Program-made: the position numbers and the translations under genes
Shown here: positions 15,376 through 28,331 of the stretch, in pieces
How the letters are laid out: every line of letters starts with the position of its first letter
Numbering within the stretch: position 1 is the stretch's first letter
Notes under the pieces: generated by a model
What the model saw: only the letters and a program-made list of their open reading frames with translations
Told to the model about the DNA's origin: nothing
The model's database searches: none
Assembly (NCBI GenBank): GCA_000165425.1
Contig: CT867986.1
Span: 635,399-685,516, forward strand
DNA length: 50,118 nt
Source: Paramecium tetraurelia
Lineage: Eukaryota
Direction of reading: 5' to 3'

Positions 15376-16569
15376 TTTAATTTTTATATATACTATATTA
15401 AGAATAAACCAAATTTATTAAATTAACATAGTGTTATTTAGAACCATTAACTACCTTATTAAGTACTCTAGTTATAGTAAAACCACTCGAATATTCTTGT
15501 CCACCTTAAGTTCAATATACTTTGTAATAAAATGGTCTTGATTAGCAGAATCTTCAAATATAAGAATATTTTAAAAGTTTAACTTTTCATTTTATTTACT
15601 TCTTTCTTAAATTAATGAAATTTGAGTGTTTTAGCATATACAATCATTATTTTAATAATTTTTAATATTTAAATTTCAACTTAACAAATTCCATTCTACT
15701 AAATCTCTAGATATGGATAATCTCAGCAGTTATTTTAATTATTCGAGTCTAATTTAGATCTTTCATGCAGCTTAAATAGAATGAGACATATTTCAAAGAT
15801 TATTTTAACAAATTATTATTTATTCATGTTCAAATTAATATTTTAGACTTATCAATATATTTATACAATTTTTGGATACTCTTTAAAGATTAGTATTTAT
15901 TAATTAGTCAATAATTATAGTCTCAATTTTCTCAATTATATTTTTCAAGTATCAACTTGAAATATTCTTATAATTTAATAAATCGTTAAACCCAAATAAA
16001 CATATTTGATAATTTTTAAAAGTTATCCTTTGATTTTAGCAAGGATCTGTATTTGTAAATATTAAATATACTGATAATTGATATATTAACTAATAATTTT
16101 CCTATCACTTTCATTGTGAGTTGAACTGGTCTATATTTTAGATTAATTTGAATTTGGAAAATTAATAACATTTTATATTCTCAGTTGATTTGCGTTATCC
16201 TGAAATCTAGATGAGTCAAATATGCTGGTTTAGAATTATTTAAATAAATTACTGCTCAATAAACTTTGTTAATGAATCCAATTATATGTAACAATATTGA
16301 TAAATCACAAATAATTAAAATAGTTCTTGAGGAGAAGAAATGGTTCTTTACTTTAGGTAAATAAAATGGCAGAGAACTATGTTAAACATATATTATAAAG
16401 GCAGGCTTATTTTTTTAGAGAGTTTAGAAAATTTAATTTCAATAATTTTAATACTCAAGAATTTTTTTGAAATCAGCCAAATCAGCAAATAATTTAATTG
16501 TTAATGTTAATGGAGGGCATTTATAACTGAAATTATTTTGAATCAAAAAATTATCAAAAAAAACCACAA

Positions 16570-17776
16570 ATGTCAACCGAGGTCAACGATTTTAACTATA
16601 GAGAAGATTATGAAAATTCTCAAACAAAATATAATATGAATACAACCAATATTGATCAATATTTAGATTCTATTACAAATTAAGATTAATTACTTTTGAT
16701 TTAAAACGTAGTGAATTGCTTTAAGGACCCAAGAGAGGAAATTAAATAAGTTGGAGAATAATTAATGAAATAATTAGAATAGAGAGTAAAACAATAAAAT
16801 TAAAATCAAAATCAAAATGCCTATGAAGAACAAAAGGAATCACTTAAGGAACCGATTTTATACAAAAAAAAAAAGATGGGTGTCTCTATTTTATCACTTG
16901 ACGGAAGTTTCAGTAATATATTATGTAATCCTAGTTTTAACTGACAAAGAAACAACCCAAATGTTGGAATGGTAGTTCAACAAAAATAAATAAAAAAGAT
17001 TATAAGACTCTTGCGCTGATGCTGGTAGAACTAACCTATATAAGTAAATCAAGAGCGAGGATTAATTACTTGCAACAGATGAAAACGAAAAAACTATCAA
17101 AATGACAATTTATTCAGAATTAATGAGAAAGAAGGGTATGAGATGGCTGAGTACAAAATGGTCAGAGAAGATACCAATAGATCGTATAAAAGAATCCCTA
17201 AAAGAGATCTAAGGTTTCAATAAATATGACAAAATGAGATTTAAATTTCTAAAAACTTTATCAATAGAACTAATAAGAGGAAGGATCTATAAAAAACGTT
17301 TGGATAAGAAGAGTGATAATTAAGACATTTTGACTCGGCCTCAACTAGAATACATCTCTAGAAAGTCAGCCGATTTAGATGATTTTTTGATTTGTAAAAT
17401 TACAAATGATGATACAGTTGAATAAATAGATGAAAGTGATATGGCAAATGATAAAATCCTTGCAATTAAAGAAAGTATCATCATATATTAATTTCTAGTT
17501 AAGTGGTAAGAGAAGGTGAATTCTTTCAAGGAAAATAAAAATAAAATTGAAAAGCAGTTAGAAAAAATTGAAAAGCAGTAAGACAAATTTGAAGAGCAAT
17601 AAGAAAAAATTGAAAAGCCGTAAAAAAAAATTAAAAAGCTGTATAAAAAAATAATGTAGCAATCTGAGAATAAAGTTAGTCACACGATTGATTTTCAATT
17701 ATTTTCTGAAAGCTTTCAACATGAATATAATTCCTACGCTTAAAATGCCTTAGCTGATAAACATTTATTGATATGA
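16570..17776 (+). CDS. Uncharacterised protein with PAS-like segment and C-terminal heptad repeat
   Basis: ATG16570 to TGA17774-17776. One 22-nt intron (16912 region, GTAATATATTATGTAATCCTAG) gives 395 codons. Contains MGVSILSLDGSFILTDKETTQMLEW. Confidence 0.75.
17540..17644 (+). repeat. Coding minisatellite, 5 x 21 nt degenerate tandem repeat (heptads NKIEKQL/EKIEKQQ/DKFEEQQ/EKIEKPQ/KKIKKLY)
   Basis: Units resembling gaaaaaattgaaaagcagtaa start at 17540, 17561, 17582, 17603 and 17624. Confidence 0.9.
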
Positions 17777-18316
17777 GATATATATATATGTTTATCACAA
17801 TTTTATATCTAAATCATTTATCTATATTTATTGCAGAAACTAATAATTGTCTGGATTCTATTTTATACCTATCTGAATCATTTTTAAAGATATAAATATA
17901 AGTAATTATTTTATATTTTTTTGAATTATAATAATATAATAATATAATTTATTATAAAAATATTTATAAAATGATATATTAGGATTTAATTATAGATTTC
18001 TAATTAATTATATATTTTCCATATCTGACAACTTTATTTAAATATTTGTTTGAAGTCTAAATCTAGACTATGGTTATTGACAATGAAGGATTTCAAAATT
18101 GCAAAAGATAAGAACAATTCCTAAAATTATTATAAAATTTGAATTCTTTTGAGTGTAATTTTTCTTCTAAAGCGGAATGTAAATATCTCATTAAGCAAAA
18201 TGATTTTATATAAGGATGTTCCCCATAATCTTCGTAAACCAGCCAGCAAAAACAGAGTAAAAATATAAACAATTTTTGTTAAATACTATAAACTATAAAC
18301 AAATTCAAAAGGAAAC

Positions 18317-18905
18317 TCAAGAATGGTCATATACTACTGCAATTGGTTTCTTCTAATTGTTTTCCTCTATAATTTTAAATCTATGTATATAATCAACTAA
18401 TTTACTTTCTGTATTAAGCTTTCTTTATATCCATCATAGACAAGAATATTTTTTTCTTCTAAACAGTTTCCTACTTTTGCTCCTTCACATTTTCAAGAGT
18501 ACAAGCTGCCTTTTTTTCCAAAGCCTTAGATTATTTTTTAGTTTATTTAGATGATATTGGTTTAATCAAAGTAGTCTCATCTTATTTTTGGACTTAGTGA
18601 GATAAAGAGTCATTATCGTCTAAATTCTTTTGTTTTATTGGTTATTATTTGAGTTTGGGTTACGATTAGGTTCTAAAGTGGAAGAATAAGAAATTAGAGT
18701 TACTTTAAGTAGAGCATTTGGTTGTAGATGATCATTTGTTAAAGGAGGAGTTGTTGTTGTAAAATTATGTTACTGTCGAACATTGAAATGCTATTCATCA
18801 AATAGTAAGAATTATTTATAGAAAAGATAGGGATTGTTAAGCTTTGTACTATAAAATCATGCGTCAGCAGTTAATTATTCATACACTTTACAAATGATCT
18901 TGCAT
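18317..18905 (-). CDS. Small low-complexity uncharacterised protein (start uncertain: 18905 with a 36-nt intron, or 18860)
   Basis: TGA-free table 6 frame from 18860 to about 18406. A 25-nt GTAAATTAG..CATAG intron then leads to TGA at 18317. No recognisable domain. Confidence 0.5.
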
Positions 18906-19062
18906 TATAATAATTAAGAAATTAAATAATTATTATTAAAAAGAACAACTATGATTTATAATATTTATTAAGATAATATATAAAATGCCCTTCGATTTTA
19001 ATAATTTGATATGTTATTTAATTGAATAATTATAAAATAAACATTATGTTTCTTCATTATAA

Positions 19063-20212
19063 TCAAATTCTGGCCTTAGTGAATGAGATCTAGACATTTC
19101 TATTGTCAACCTCTTCATTATGCATTAAAGCCATCACTTCCAAAGCCTACTTAAGATTTTCCATCTTGACTAAACACATAAATTTGAACTAAGTATTAAG
19201 AACTTTGACTGCCTAAAAATGAGTATGTAAATAACCTCGACTATACCGAATTCAGAAAAGACATCCCACATAGTTTCAGCATTTGATGACACCTTTTTAA
19301 GATTGGAGACGTGTAAGACTTAACTTGGTGGTAACAAATTCATTTTATTGCTAGAATTGAATCTACAATGTCATTTCTATTTTACCTGTCTGTTTCTTGT
19401 GAACCAACATAATAATCTTGCTCATTGTAGAGTGTGTCAAGACTTAAAAGTTTTTCAATAGCATCTTCTGCAACGAAAGAAATAGAAATAGTGCTATCGA
19501 AGAATTACAGTTTTTAACAGTTTTCAAAAACGAATATTGAGTATTCTTCTTTTAGGTATTTAATGAGTGCGAAATTTTTTAACCTAGTTTATTCTGGATT
19601 ATACTTAATGAATAAGATTTTGTCAATGTTTCCGAAATTACTAAAGATATTATACAGTTTTTAAGCGTCTAAGTTCTTTCCTTTGATTCCATTCAAACAT
19701 AATGTTGTTGTGTGTTGAAGAGTGGTAGAAGAATTGATTTTCCTTTTGCTTGAAGGCTGTTGTTTATCATCTTCTTGGACAACTATACAGATATTGAAAC
19801 TTAATACTTTCATTTAGAGATGTAGAATGACGATTTCGTAAACTACTCATGGTAGAATCATTTATAAGATCGAGCGAGCAATTGTTTAAGGAACCTGATT
19901 GAGGAGGCTTCTCATCCGAATAAAACGAACATTTGATAAAGTTCGAAGATAATTAATCAAGAAATGACTTAGCTGATTTCGCAGCCTCTGGGGTTCCCAT
20001 CTCAACTAATACTTTGTAGTCCATTAAGGATTTGTTTAAAATTGTCACTTAACTGACCTATCCATACCTTGTTTTTGATAAATTTCATACTGGGTTAAAA
20101 GGGAACCGAAATATTCGGGACTCAAATTTTCTGGTGGAGCAATTAGACTTAGAAGAAGCATATTTGAATTCATCCAAGAGTCAGGTAAAACTGGCGAAGA
20201 GAAACTAATCAT
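19063..20212 (-). CDS. Polypyrimidine-tract-binding / hnRNP L-like multi-RRM RNA-binding protein
   Basis: RRMs: LYNIFSNFGNIDKILFIK...ALIKY, and LPPSQVLHVSNL...FSEFGIVEAVKVL...MCLVKM...ALMHNEEVDNRNVQISFTK, which is typical of PTB/hnRNP L RRM3-4. Confidence 0.85.
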
Positions 20213-20306
20213 TTTAAGTTTCTTTTAATAAATTATTAATCATTTTTATATCTTCAAGGTCAGATTTCCATCTAAATCTTATTAATTTTATTAAATTTAT
20301 ATAAAC

Positions 20307-21653
20307 TCATTTGCGAATACCAAATCTAGCTTAATAAGCATTCTTTGCCTTTTTCCTTAAAGTGCTTATCTTAGCCATTGCCCTTGCCTTAGTCTTCCTG
20401 CCACCTTGTCCTTTGATGTATCCGCCCGTGTGTCTGTTGAGTTGAGGTTCAACCTAATCAGGTTCCAAATAAACATTCGGAATGCTGTAACCTTACAATA
20501 AATTAATTCGATTACTCTTGTTCTTTATAAGTTATTCTGATTGTCTCTTGACGTCGGTATATTCCTCTGGATCATAGGCTTCAAAGTCAGGAAGTGGATG
20601 CACAGGTCTGTTAACAGGAATGTAATGCATACTATTAATCGATAAAGTCATCATCCTTACGTTTCAATAATGTCGTGTTTTAGATCCTTATGTTATTCGT
20701 TGGGGACGACTTTCTGTCTACCATTCCTATTTCTCAGGAAATCGTCAATGAAAGCTCTGCTCACCACTTGGCTTGAAGCATAGGCGAAATCATAAATCCT
20801 CTTGAGAGCAATTCTAGCAGCTCTCACTCGTTTTCTAACCTTAAGAATGTATCTGAAGGCTTCGTCTTGATTTAAAGGAATTAAATCTAGTGTTATCAAT
20901 TGAAATACCATTGATCCAGGTTTATTTGTCTTCTAATGACTTCTAAGTTTGAATGGCCAAATTTTAAATCATTATTTGTTCTTTCAAATTTTTATTGTCT
21001 ACTTTGATGTTTGCTTTCTCTTGGGAAAGTTGCTTCAAACCTTCCATCTACTTTTCTGTAAACCATTGCTTAGCGATTTCATTGATCTTCTTGAAAACCA
21101 GCTCTTTCTTCTCTGGATTTACTGCTTTGTTGTCCTTCTCGATTTAATAGACCTCTGCTCTCAATCTGTCCCATTCCTTTTCTAATTCCACTGAAGTGGC
21201 AGGAATTTCTTCTACCTTTTATTAAGAATATAAAATTTTCCTTTTCAAATCATTATTCACTTAATTTTCATTTATTTTGTCCAAGAATTGGTATTCAATT
21301 GAGCTTTAAAAGGGCCTATTGAAGGGCTTGAATGTATCAACTGAAATTGGGGTTTTGGGTTTTTCATACAAGGTCTTAGATCCGAATTTGATGAGGGGAG
21401 GTGGCAATAAATCGATCCAAGACAAAAATCTGTGTATTTTTGGAGTAACTCCTGCTCCCTAAGCCAACCAGTATCGTATTCTAGGTTTATTCAGAATGAC
21501 TGATCTCTGTACAACCTTTCTTTCATGAGGTACCCAATATCCAAGATGCTCTATGAATCTACCTTTAACGTTTCGTTTCCTTGGTGCCACTACTATCCAC
21601 CAGAACTTGTGATTCCTACAACCATGGTTTTGAAGTCTGATAACGACGTGCAT
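20307..21653 (-). CDS. MRPS16: Mitochondrial ribosomal protein bS16m with long C-terminal extension (about 430 aa)
   Basis: N-terminal S16 domain MHVVIRLQNHGCRNHKFWWIVVAPRKRNVKGRFIEHLGYW...RIRYWLAQGAGVT. The frame continues through TAG (Gln) and short introns to TGA at 20307. Confidence 0.88.
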
Positions 21654-22038
21654 ATAAATAAATAAAAAATATTTATGTCAAATATTATTCAAATCACTTA
21701 TGTCCAAATACATTTTGAATTATCATAGTATTTCATCCAACCCACAATGTATTTGTCTTAAATTGCAATCAGCTATTGCTCAAACATTCTCAATTTCAAA
21801 ATTATCATGCTAGACCTTAGTATTAGTAATTAAGTATTATCATTTATATGAAATTGTAATTTATATTCACAAATTAAGAATGGTTTAGACTTTATATTCT
21901 TAAGCATTTGACTCTATTGCAATCGTTAAGAAACATGATGAGTGGGAGGATTGATTGTAATAAGTAATCAAAGTTAAAGGCCACTCTAAATATACCTATA
22001 AATATATTAGTAAAAGGATAATTATTAATTATCAATTA

Positions 22039-23537
22039 ATGATTAATATCTCCAAACTCATAAAGCAAAGACAATAGTACTCTACCATATTGGAAGACAA
22101 CTCAAAATTATTCATCAAACCTATTGATGAGCTAGGGGATGTCACCTTTAGGGGTGAGTTTTTAATTGAGAAGAACGGAAAACTGAAAAAGAAATAAATT
22201 TAATTTTAGCAACACATCCTTGTTTATTCCAAAAATGTAATATATTTACAAATATCTAAGAAACATATTAATATATTGAATGCTACATTGTTGTTACATC
22301 TCACTAATCTCAATGAAATTGAAGGGTTGAAGTTTATAAAATCAGGTACATCTATCGACATCTATAATAACGTAATTGAATTATACAATTATGCTCGTAA
22401 GTACTGTATTTAGAGGGATATTCCAGAGAGATACAAAATTACTTCAACATTATATTATGGCAGTAATGCTACTGTAAATTATTGTTCAATTATTTAAGTT
22501 CCTGTAACTAGAGTCTACATTGCAGCATAAGGCTGTTTACGTTGCCAAAATCTATGAAAAATAAAACTATACTACTTAAGACTAGGTTTCTGGACTTAAG
22601 AAAGAAGTTCAGATTCTAAGATAGTTGAATCATTCACAAATTTCAAATCTTGTGGAGATATATGAAAATGATGAATTGATTTTTTTGATAATGGAGGAAT
22701 TGAAAGGGGAGACTTTATAAGGACTTTTAGAAAATTCATAAGAATTCAATGAGAGCCAAATCAAATAAATCATGAGACCTCTATTTGAGTGTGTTGCCTA
22801 TTTACATAATAATAATATTTTTCATAGAGATATTAAGCCATAGAATATTAAATTTAGATAATCTGATGATTATCTTTAGCCCTGTTTAATTGATTTTAGT
22901 TTGGCTGATAATTGGAATAAAAATGGCAGATACTTGTTCACAAGATGTGGAAGTGTTGGTTATGTGGCTCCTGAAGTGCTTTAAGACAAGAAATACATTC
23001 TCAATATAGATGTCTATAGTTTAGGAGTCATTCTATACATATTGGCCACTAAGAAACATCCCTTCGAAGATGCAGAACATAGTAAAAAGATACTCAAAAA
23101 TTATAATGGCAAAGTAGATTTTACTTAAGTTCAATGTTCTCAAATTCTTTTGGATCTAATAAGAAAATGTCTAGAGGTAGATTTTACAACGCGACCAAGT
23201 TGTAAAGAAATATTGAGTCATCCCTTTTTCAGTAACAGAATTCCAAAATTGCTTTCATTTAAAATAAAAGATCAAAGGAAATCTACAGGTATAAAATCTG
23301 CAAGAATTATACATTTTAATAGTGCTAATAATTTAGCATTAGAAGAATCTATGAATAGTCTCAGCTAATCCAAATCTCCTTCCTCATTTGGTAGTTAAAG
23401 ACGTTCTCTCAAATTATAAAAACAAAAAACTGTATTTCCTGAAAGTATTAATTTCAATATTTATAATAGTCAATATTTCATAAAGCAAATCAAAGTATTT
23501 TTAAACTAGATACACTCAATATGAAAGTTTGAATTGA
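22039..23537 (+). CDS. CAMK-like kinase paralogue with degenerate Gly loop and DFS motif
   Basis: LYYGSNAT, YVAK, HRDIKPQN, LIDFSLAD (22892-22900), TRCGSVGYVAPE. The stop is at 23537 if the 25-nt terminal intron is spliced, or 23524 if not. Confidence 0.88.
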
Positions 23538-23650
23538 ATGTATGAGTATAATATAATCAGAGAAAATAAATAATATAAACGATTTCTCGTGATCCTAAAT
23601 ATAATTGAAATAAATGTCACTAATTTAAGATTCATGTTTTACAATATTGT

Positions 23651-25334
23651 TCAATTTTCATCTATGACCTTATGTTTTACTTTTTATTTCATAAATGGGT
23701 ACTAGAATGAAAGTGATTGTGAAGGTCTTTAAGAATTCGTAAGCAAAGATGGAGAAGGTTAATTAAGTTTGGTATATAGACTATGATGTTGTGATTAAGG
23801 GATTGAATTAATATCTTTTGGACTGAAACTCACATTTAAATTACTTATTCTACGAGTAGAATTTGTATAGAGAGAACTTCTTTATGCACTAGTTAATTGA
23901 GATAGTCTAGGACTGCCATAGGGCTAATCTAATCCTTATTTAATTGCCAACAGTGGAGGTAAATTCTTATGATTTTAAATGCTTTGTCTGTATTGAGGAC
24001 TTTTAAATTGGATATTTTTCATCTTCGTGTTCACTTTTAATTCCATTAATTTTGAGATTTTCTCATTCCTAAACCAAATATGATTTAATGCCATTTAAGA
24101 AGTAATCCGTTCTTTTGGATCTGGTTACAAGATACTTTCTATGAAATGGATCCCCTCCTTAGTCAGTTTCAAAGGTGAAAGGTCTACAATCCCTTCTTCA
24201 TTTTTTTCAATTATTTCCCTATAATTTTATGAATCAAAGGGTTTCTTCCCAGTCAAAGAATAATATAGAATGATTCCGACACTGTAAACATCCACCTTGC
24301 AGTTATATTCTTGGTTTTTTAATATTTCAGGAGCAACGAATCCCGGTGTTCCACATCTCTGAAAAAGGTATTTGGGAACATCTTCATCGGAGTCTGAATC
24401 ATGAGTAATCCTAACAGTATCTGCCAGACCAAAAGAAGTTATACAAGGATTATCTAAATTACCATTTAATCTAAGTCCAATATTTTCAGGTTTGAGATCT
24501 CTGTGCATGACACCCTTAGAATGTAAGTATGCTAAGCTTTTAAACAATTTAAAAAATAACTTGGATGCCTTTTCTTCTGAAAGCAAGGGCCATTTTAATA
24601 AGTATTGATCCAAATTTCCTCCTATAATTAATTCTTAGACAATTATAATTTAATCTTAATTTTCAAAAGTTTCTATATATTTTTACACATTTTCATCGTT
24701 AATTCTTCTTAATATACGTAATTCTTTCTCTAGTGTAACTTCTATTGTAGCGTTTATCAATTTCTTATTATAAATTTTGCATTGAAAATCATTTTTGTCC
24801 TTTCTACTTCTTATTCTGAAAACCTTGATAATAAGTTATTATACTTACCTCTGCTTTATCATTGGAACTAATCTTCTTAAGAATTTGATAATGATTCGGA
24901 AATTCTCCAATTGAATAGTGAATTTCTTTAATACACACATAAGTCTATCCAAATCTCCAAACATCTCAAATTAATCAAAGCATTTGATAAGCCTTATTCC
25001 ATCTCCATATTATGCGTTGTGAATCATTTCTAAAATAGAGTTTTCATAATCAATCCAACACAAAGATCCCTATATAGATCAGAATTAGTACATCCTTTTT
25101 TTGTTTAACTATGATATTTTCATGAACCATTATGGTTTATATTTTTTTCTAATGTTGTTTAGATTCCATAACAACTATCTAAACAACATTCAATTCAGTA
25201 GTAATTTTAGGAATTTTGGACCTATTCCACTACATCCTTACAAAATCCTTTTAAAAGAAACACTTTCTGTGAGTTTATTCATATGTAATCTTTTTTTCAG
25301 TCTCCAAATTTAGTTTATGAAATAATCTTTTCAT
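23651..25334 (-). CDS. CAMK-like kinase paralogue, probable pseudokinase (no Gly loop, SFG in place of DFG)
   Basis: [33 protein letters not shown] (24428-24436), QRCGTPGFVAPE. ATG25334 starts MKRLFHKLNLETEKKITY. Confidence 0.88.
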
Positions 25335-25567
25335 AAAATAATGAAAAATTTTAATTAAAATTCATTTTGAACATTTTAGAAATGCTCCTAAAATCAATAT
25401 TAAACGTAAATTTAAATATGATTTAATAAGTAATAATATAACAAATAGAAGTGTAATCAGGAAAGAAAGCACAAATAATTGATGTTATTAGTGCTGTCTG
25501 TGCTTGAAAAAATTGTCATTAATAAAATGTATAGAAATAAAAAATAATATATAATAAATAAATTTTA

Positions 25568-26346
25568 ATGTCAATTTTTCACGTGACAGATATATCTGAA
25601 AAACCTTCTTCATACACTAGCCAATTGGCAAACAAAGATGTTAGTTTCATTTCTTATCTAGATCAATTATTAAGCTTTAAGGAGTGAAGTTAGAACTTCT
25701 ATAATAGATAAATACAACCATTTCGAAAAATTAGGACAAAAACCAAAAAGTCCAAAAGGAGGGTAACAAAGCAAAGAAAGTCCAAGAAAACACTAAAATA
25801 CTTTACGAACTTTAGACATTTTATTTGGGAAACCACCTTAGAATCAGGAATAAGTATCTCAATCTTCACCTGCCAAGATTAGTGGATTAAAGAAAAAGTA
25901 ATATTCATAACTATAAATTCCTTAGGATGCAACAAATAGGCACTTAAGAACAAACAGGCAAGTTTCACCTTTCAACAGGAGCCTAAGATTTTAAGAGCAC
26001 TTATTATGATTAGTCAGGAGCCAAACACTCGTTCTTATCTCCATAAAGTAGAAACACTCAGGATGGCTTAATGAGATCGGGATCCCTGACATCAAAGTTT
26101 TATCCAGAAAGAGGGTACAATTAAATAATAAATTGAAAGCACATAACTCAGTAATGCTGTCCCAATCTAACGATTAGTTGAGATACAAAATTTATTAGAA
26201 TTGACTCCTTCAAGTGAACTTCAAACTCTACCAAGAAAGTATTATGATATAGTAATGATTTTAGTTATTTGGACGAACTTCAAAGAGTAGCCAGTTCAAT
26301 ATAAAGGAATTTGAAGCACCACAACGATATTCGCCTAAAATAGTGA
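25568..26346 (+). CDS. Uncharacterised protein (4 tiny introns)
   Basis: The frame is maintained after removing four GT..AG introns of 22-28 nt and ends ...YLDELQRVASSIQRNLKHHNDIRLKQ*. Confidence 0.72.
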
Positions 26347-26384
26347 AAATATCATATTTTAATAAACAAAAATTAATTTTTTTA

Positions 26385-28027
26385 ATGAGCGGATTCAAAC
26401 TATACAGATCTAGAATAATATTGGCGCTGTCATCTTAGGCTTATAAGAGAGCTCATAAGTTCTCATCGCAAACATCCACTGAGCCTGAATTTGTTGATTA
26501 GCCATTAAATAAGCAAATAAAATTAAACGATTAGAGTTTCATTAAAATATAATAAAATGAGCAAAAAACAAGCAACCCACCAACACAAAACATAGAAACT
26601 TAGAGGATCAATCAAAATCTATAAAAAACAGAAACTAATCCAATTCAAACCAAAGAAAAACAAGAGAATAGTGCCATAAAAATTCCTTTATAAAACAATA
26701 ACTCAATTAATCATAACAATTCTTAAACTCAAAAAGCATCAAACCAAAATACAACTATTGATAAAGATATTGTAATTCAAGCTTCAAAGCATGAATAAAA
26801 AAAAGAACTACCTTTATTTAATGGCTAGAATAAATTGTAGCCAAATAATTCGTCATTATAAATATAATAGTAATAATAAGTTAAACAAAATGGTCATCAA
26901 ATGGAACAAATGAATAAAGCTGTAAAAAAGGAGATTAAGTACTTCAAGGCATGTGGCTTACATAATATTGGAAATACCTGTTATTTTAACAGTGCTCTTT
27001 AATGTATTATTAATACTCCAAAATTTAATGACAAATTTTTATCCGATGAAATCAAATAAGAGTTAAATCCAAAGCACAAACAAGTGGCTCTTTAATATTG
27101 GAGATTACTAAAGCAAATGAGAACCACAAATAATACCAGTGAAAATCCAGTTTAATTGAAATAAGCTATTTGTAAATTTATTATTCTAATCATCAAGCAA
27201 GTTCAACTAAGAAGTTTGGTGGTCATAGACAGGAAGACTCCTAAGAATTTCTAAGAGCACTTTTGACCTGCTTACACGAAGATTTGAATAGAGTTACTGG
27301 TAAACCTATCTACAAAGAACTTACCGCTGATCTTAATAAATAATCACTTGAAGACATAGTAAAATTGTTGTTTTATTGAAGTCCAATACATGGTTTAATT
27401 ACTTTAAAGGGAGAGACAATAGTTTGGTTACAGATTATTTCACTGGATAATTATTAAGCAGGGTTACATGTAGTGTATGCAAAAACCAATCCCTAGCCTT
27501 CGATAACTTTTAAGATTTGTCCTTAGCATTCCCAAATATTTCAGGAAACTAAATTACCCTTGAAGATATGCTAAAATATTATCTGAGTGAAGAAAGCATC
27601 AATCAATATACATGTGGAAAATGTAGACAATAAAGAAAATGCACAAGATAACTTGAAATCTGGAGATTGCCAGACATTTTGGTTATTCACTTAAAAAGGT
27701 TCTATTACAAAGGTCCAATGAAGAAGAAAATAAACATAGATATTAAGTTTGGAGCCAAATTAGACTTGGGTTAGTTTATCATTAATAGTAGCGATAAATC
27801 AACTTTGAATTGCAATTACAATTTATATGGCATTGTAAAGCATTATGGAGATTTAAATTTTGGCCATTACTTTGCGTATTTATATTTTTCAATCAATTAG
27901 AGAATGCAAACATCCATTTACAATGAAGTGGTATTAATTGAATGATAGTTCTGTTTAAGAGATAAAGCCGAAGGTCTCATATGAATCCGATAATTCAGCT
28001 TATTTATTATTATACAGTCGTATCTGA
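26385..28027 (+). CDS. Ubiquitin-specific protease (peptidase C19, USP2/USP8-like catalytic domain)
   Basis: Cys box GLHNIGNTCYFNSALQC, QEDSQEF, LHEDLNRV, Zn-finger CxxC pairs, LPDILVIHLKRF, His box HYGDLNFGHYFA, WYQLNDS. Confidence 0.95.
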
Positions 28028-28331
28028 TAAATATATTTTGTGAATAAAGTGTATTATTTATGGTTAAGCCTTTTTGATTTCACTAATTTGAGAAGATATT
28101 CTCTTCAAAAATATAGAATTGACACTAAATCATTACTCCCCACTAAGAAAATAAATTATCAAGATAATACGAACTGTTTTTAATTAAATAATTATAATAA
28201 TTAAAATATTTAAATTAATTTAGATCTTTCATTTCAAAACACCCAACAAAATTTAAAATTAAGGTGATGCTATTAGATCTATTCTTTATAAATACTGATA
28301 AATTTATAATATCGATGTATATAGATTAAAC

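Noticed and set aside
17540..17644. Regularly spaced repeats as a CRISPR-like array
   Set aside because: They are contiguous degenerate 21-nt coding repeats with no spacers, in a eukaryotic context.
21348..21364. Telomere-like ttggggttttgggttttt inside the window
   Set aside because: It is the antisense of codons EKPKTPI within the S16 gene and too short to be an internal telomere.
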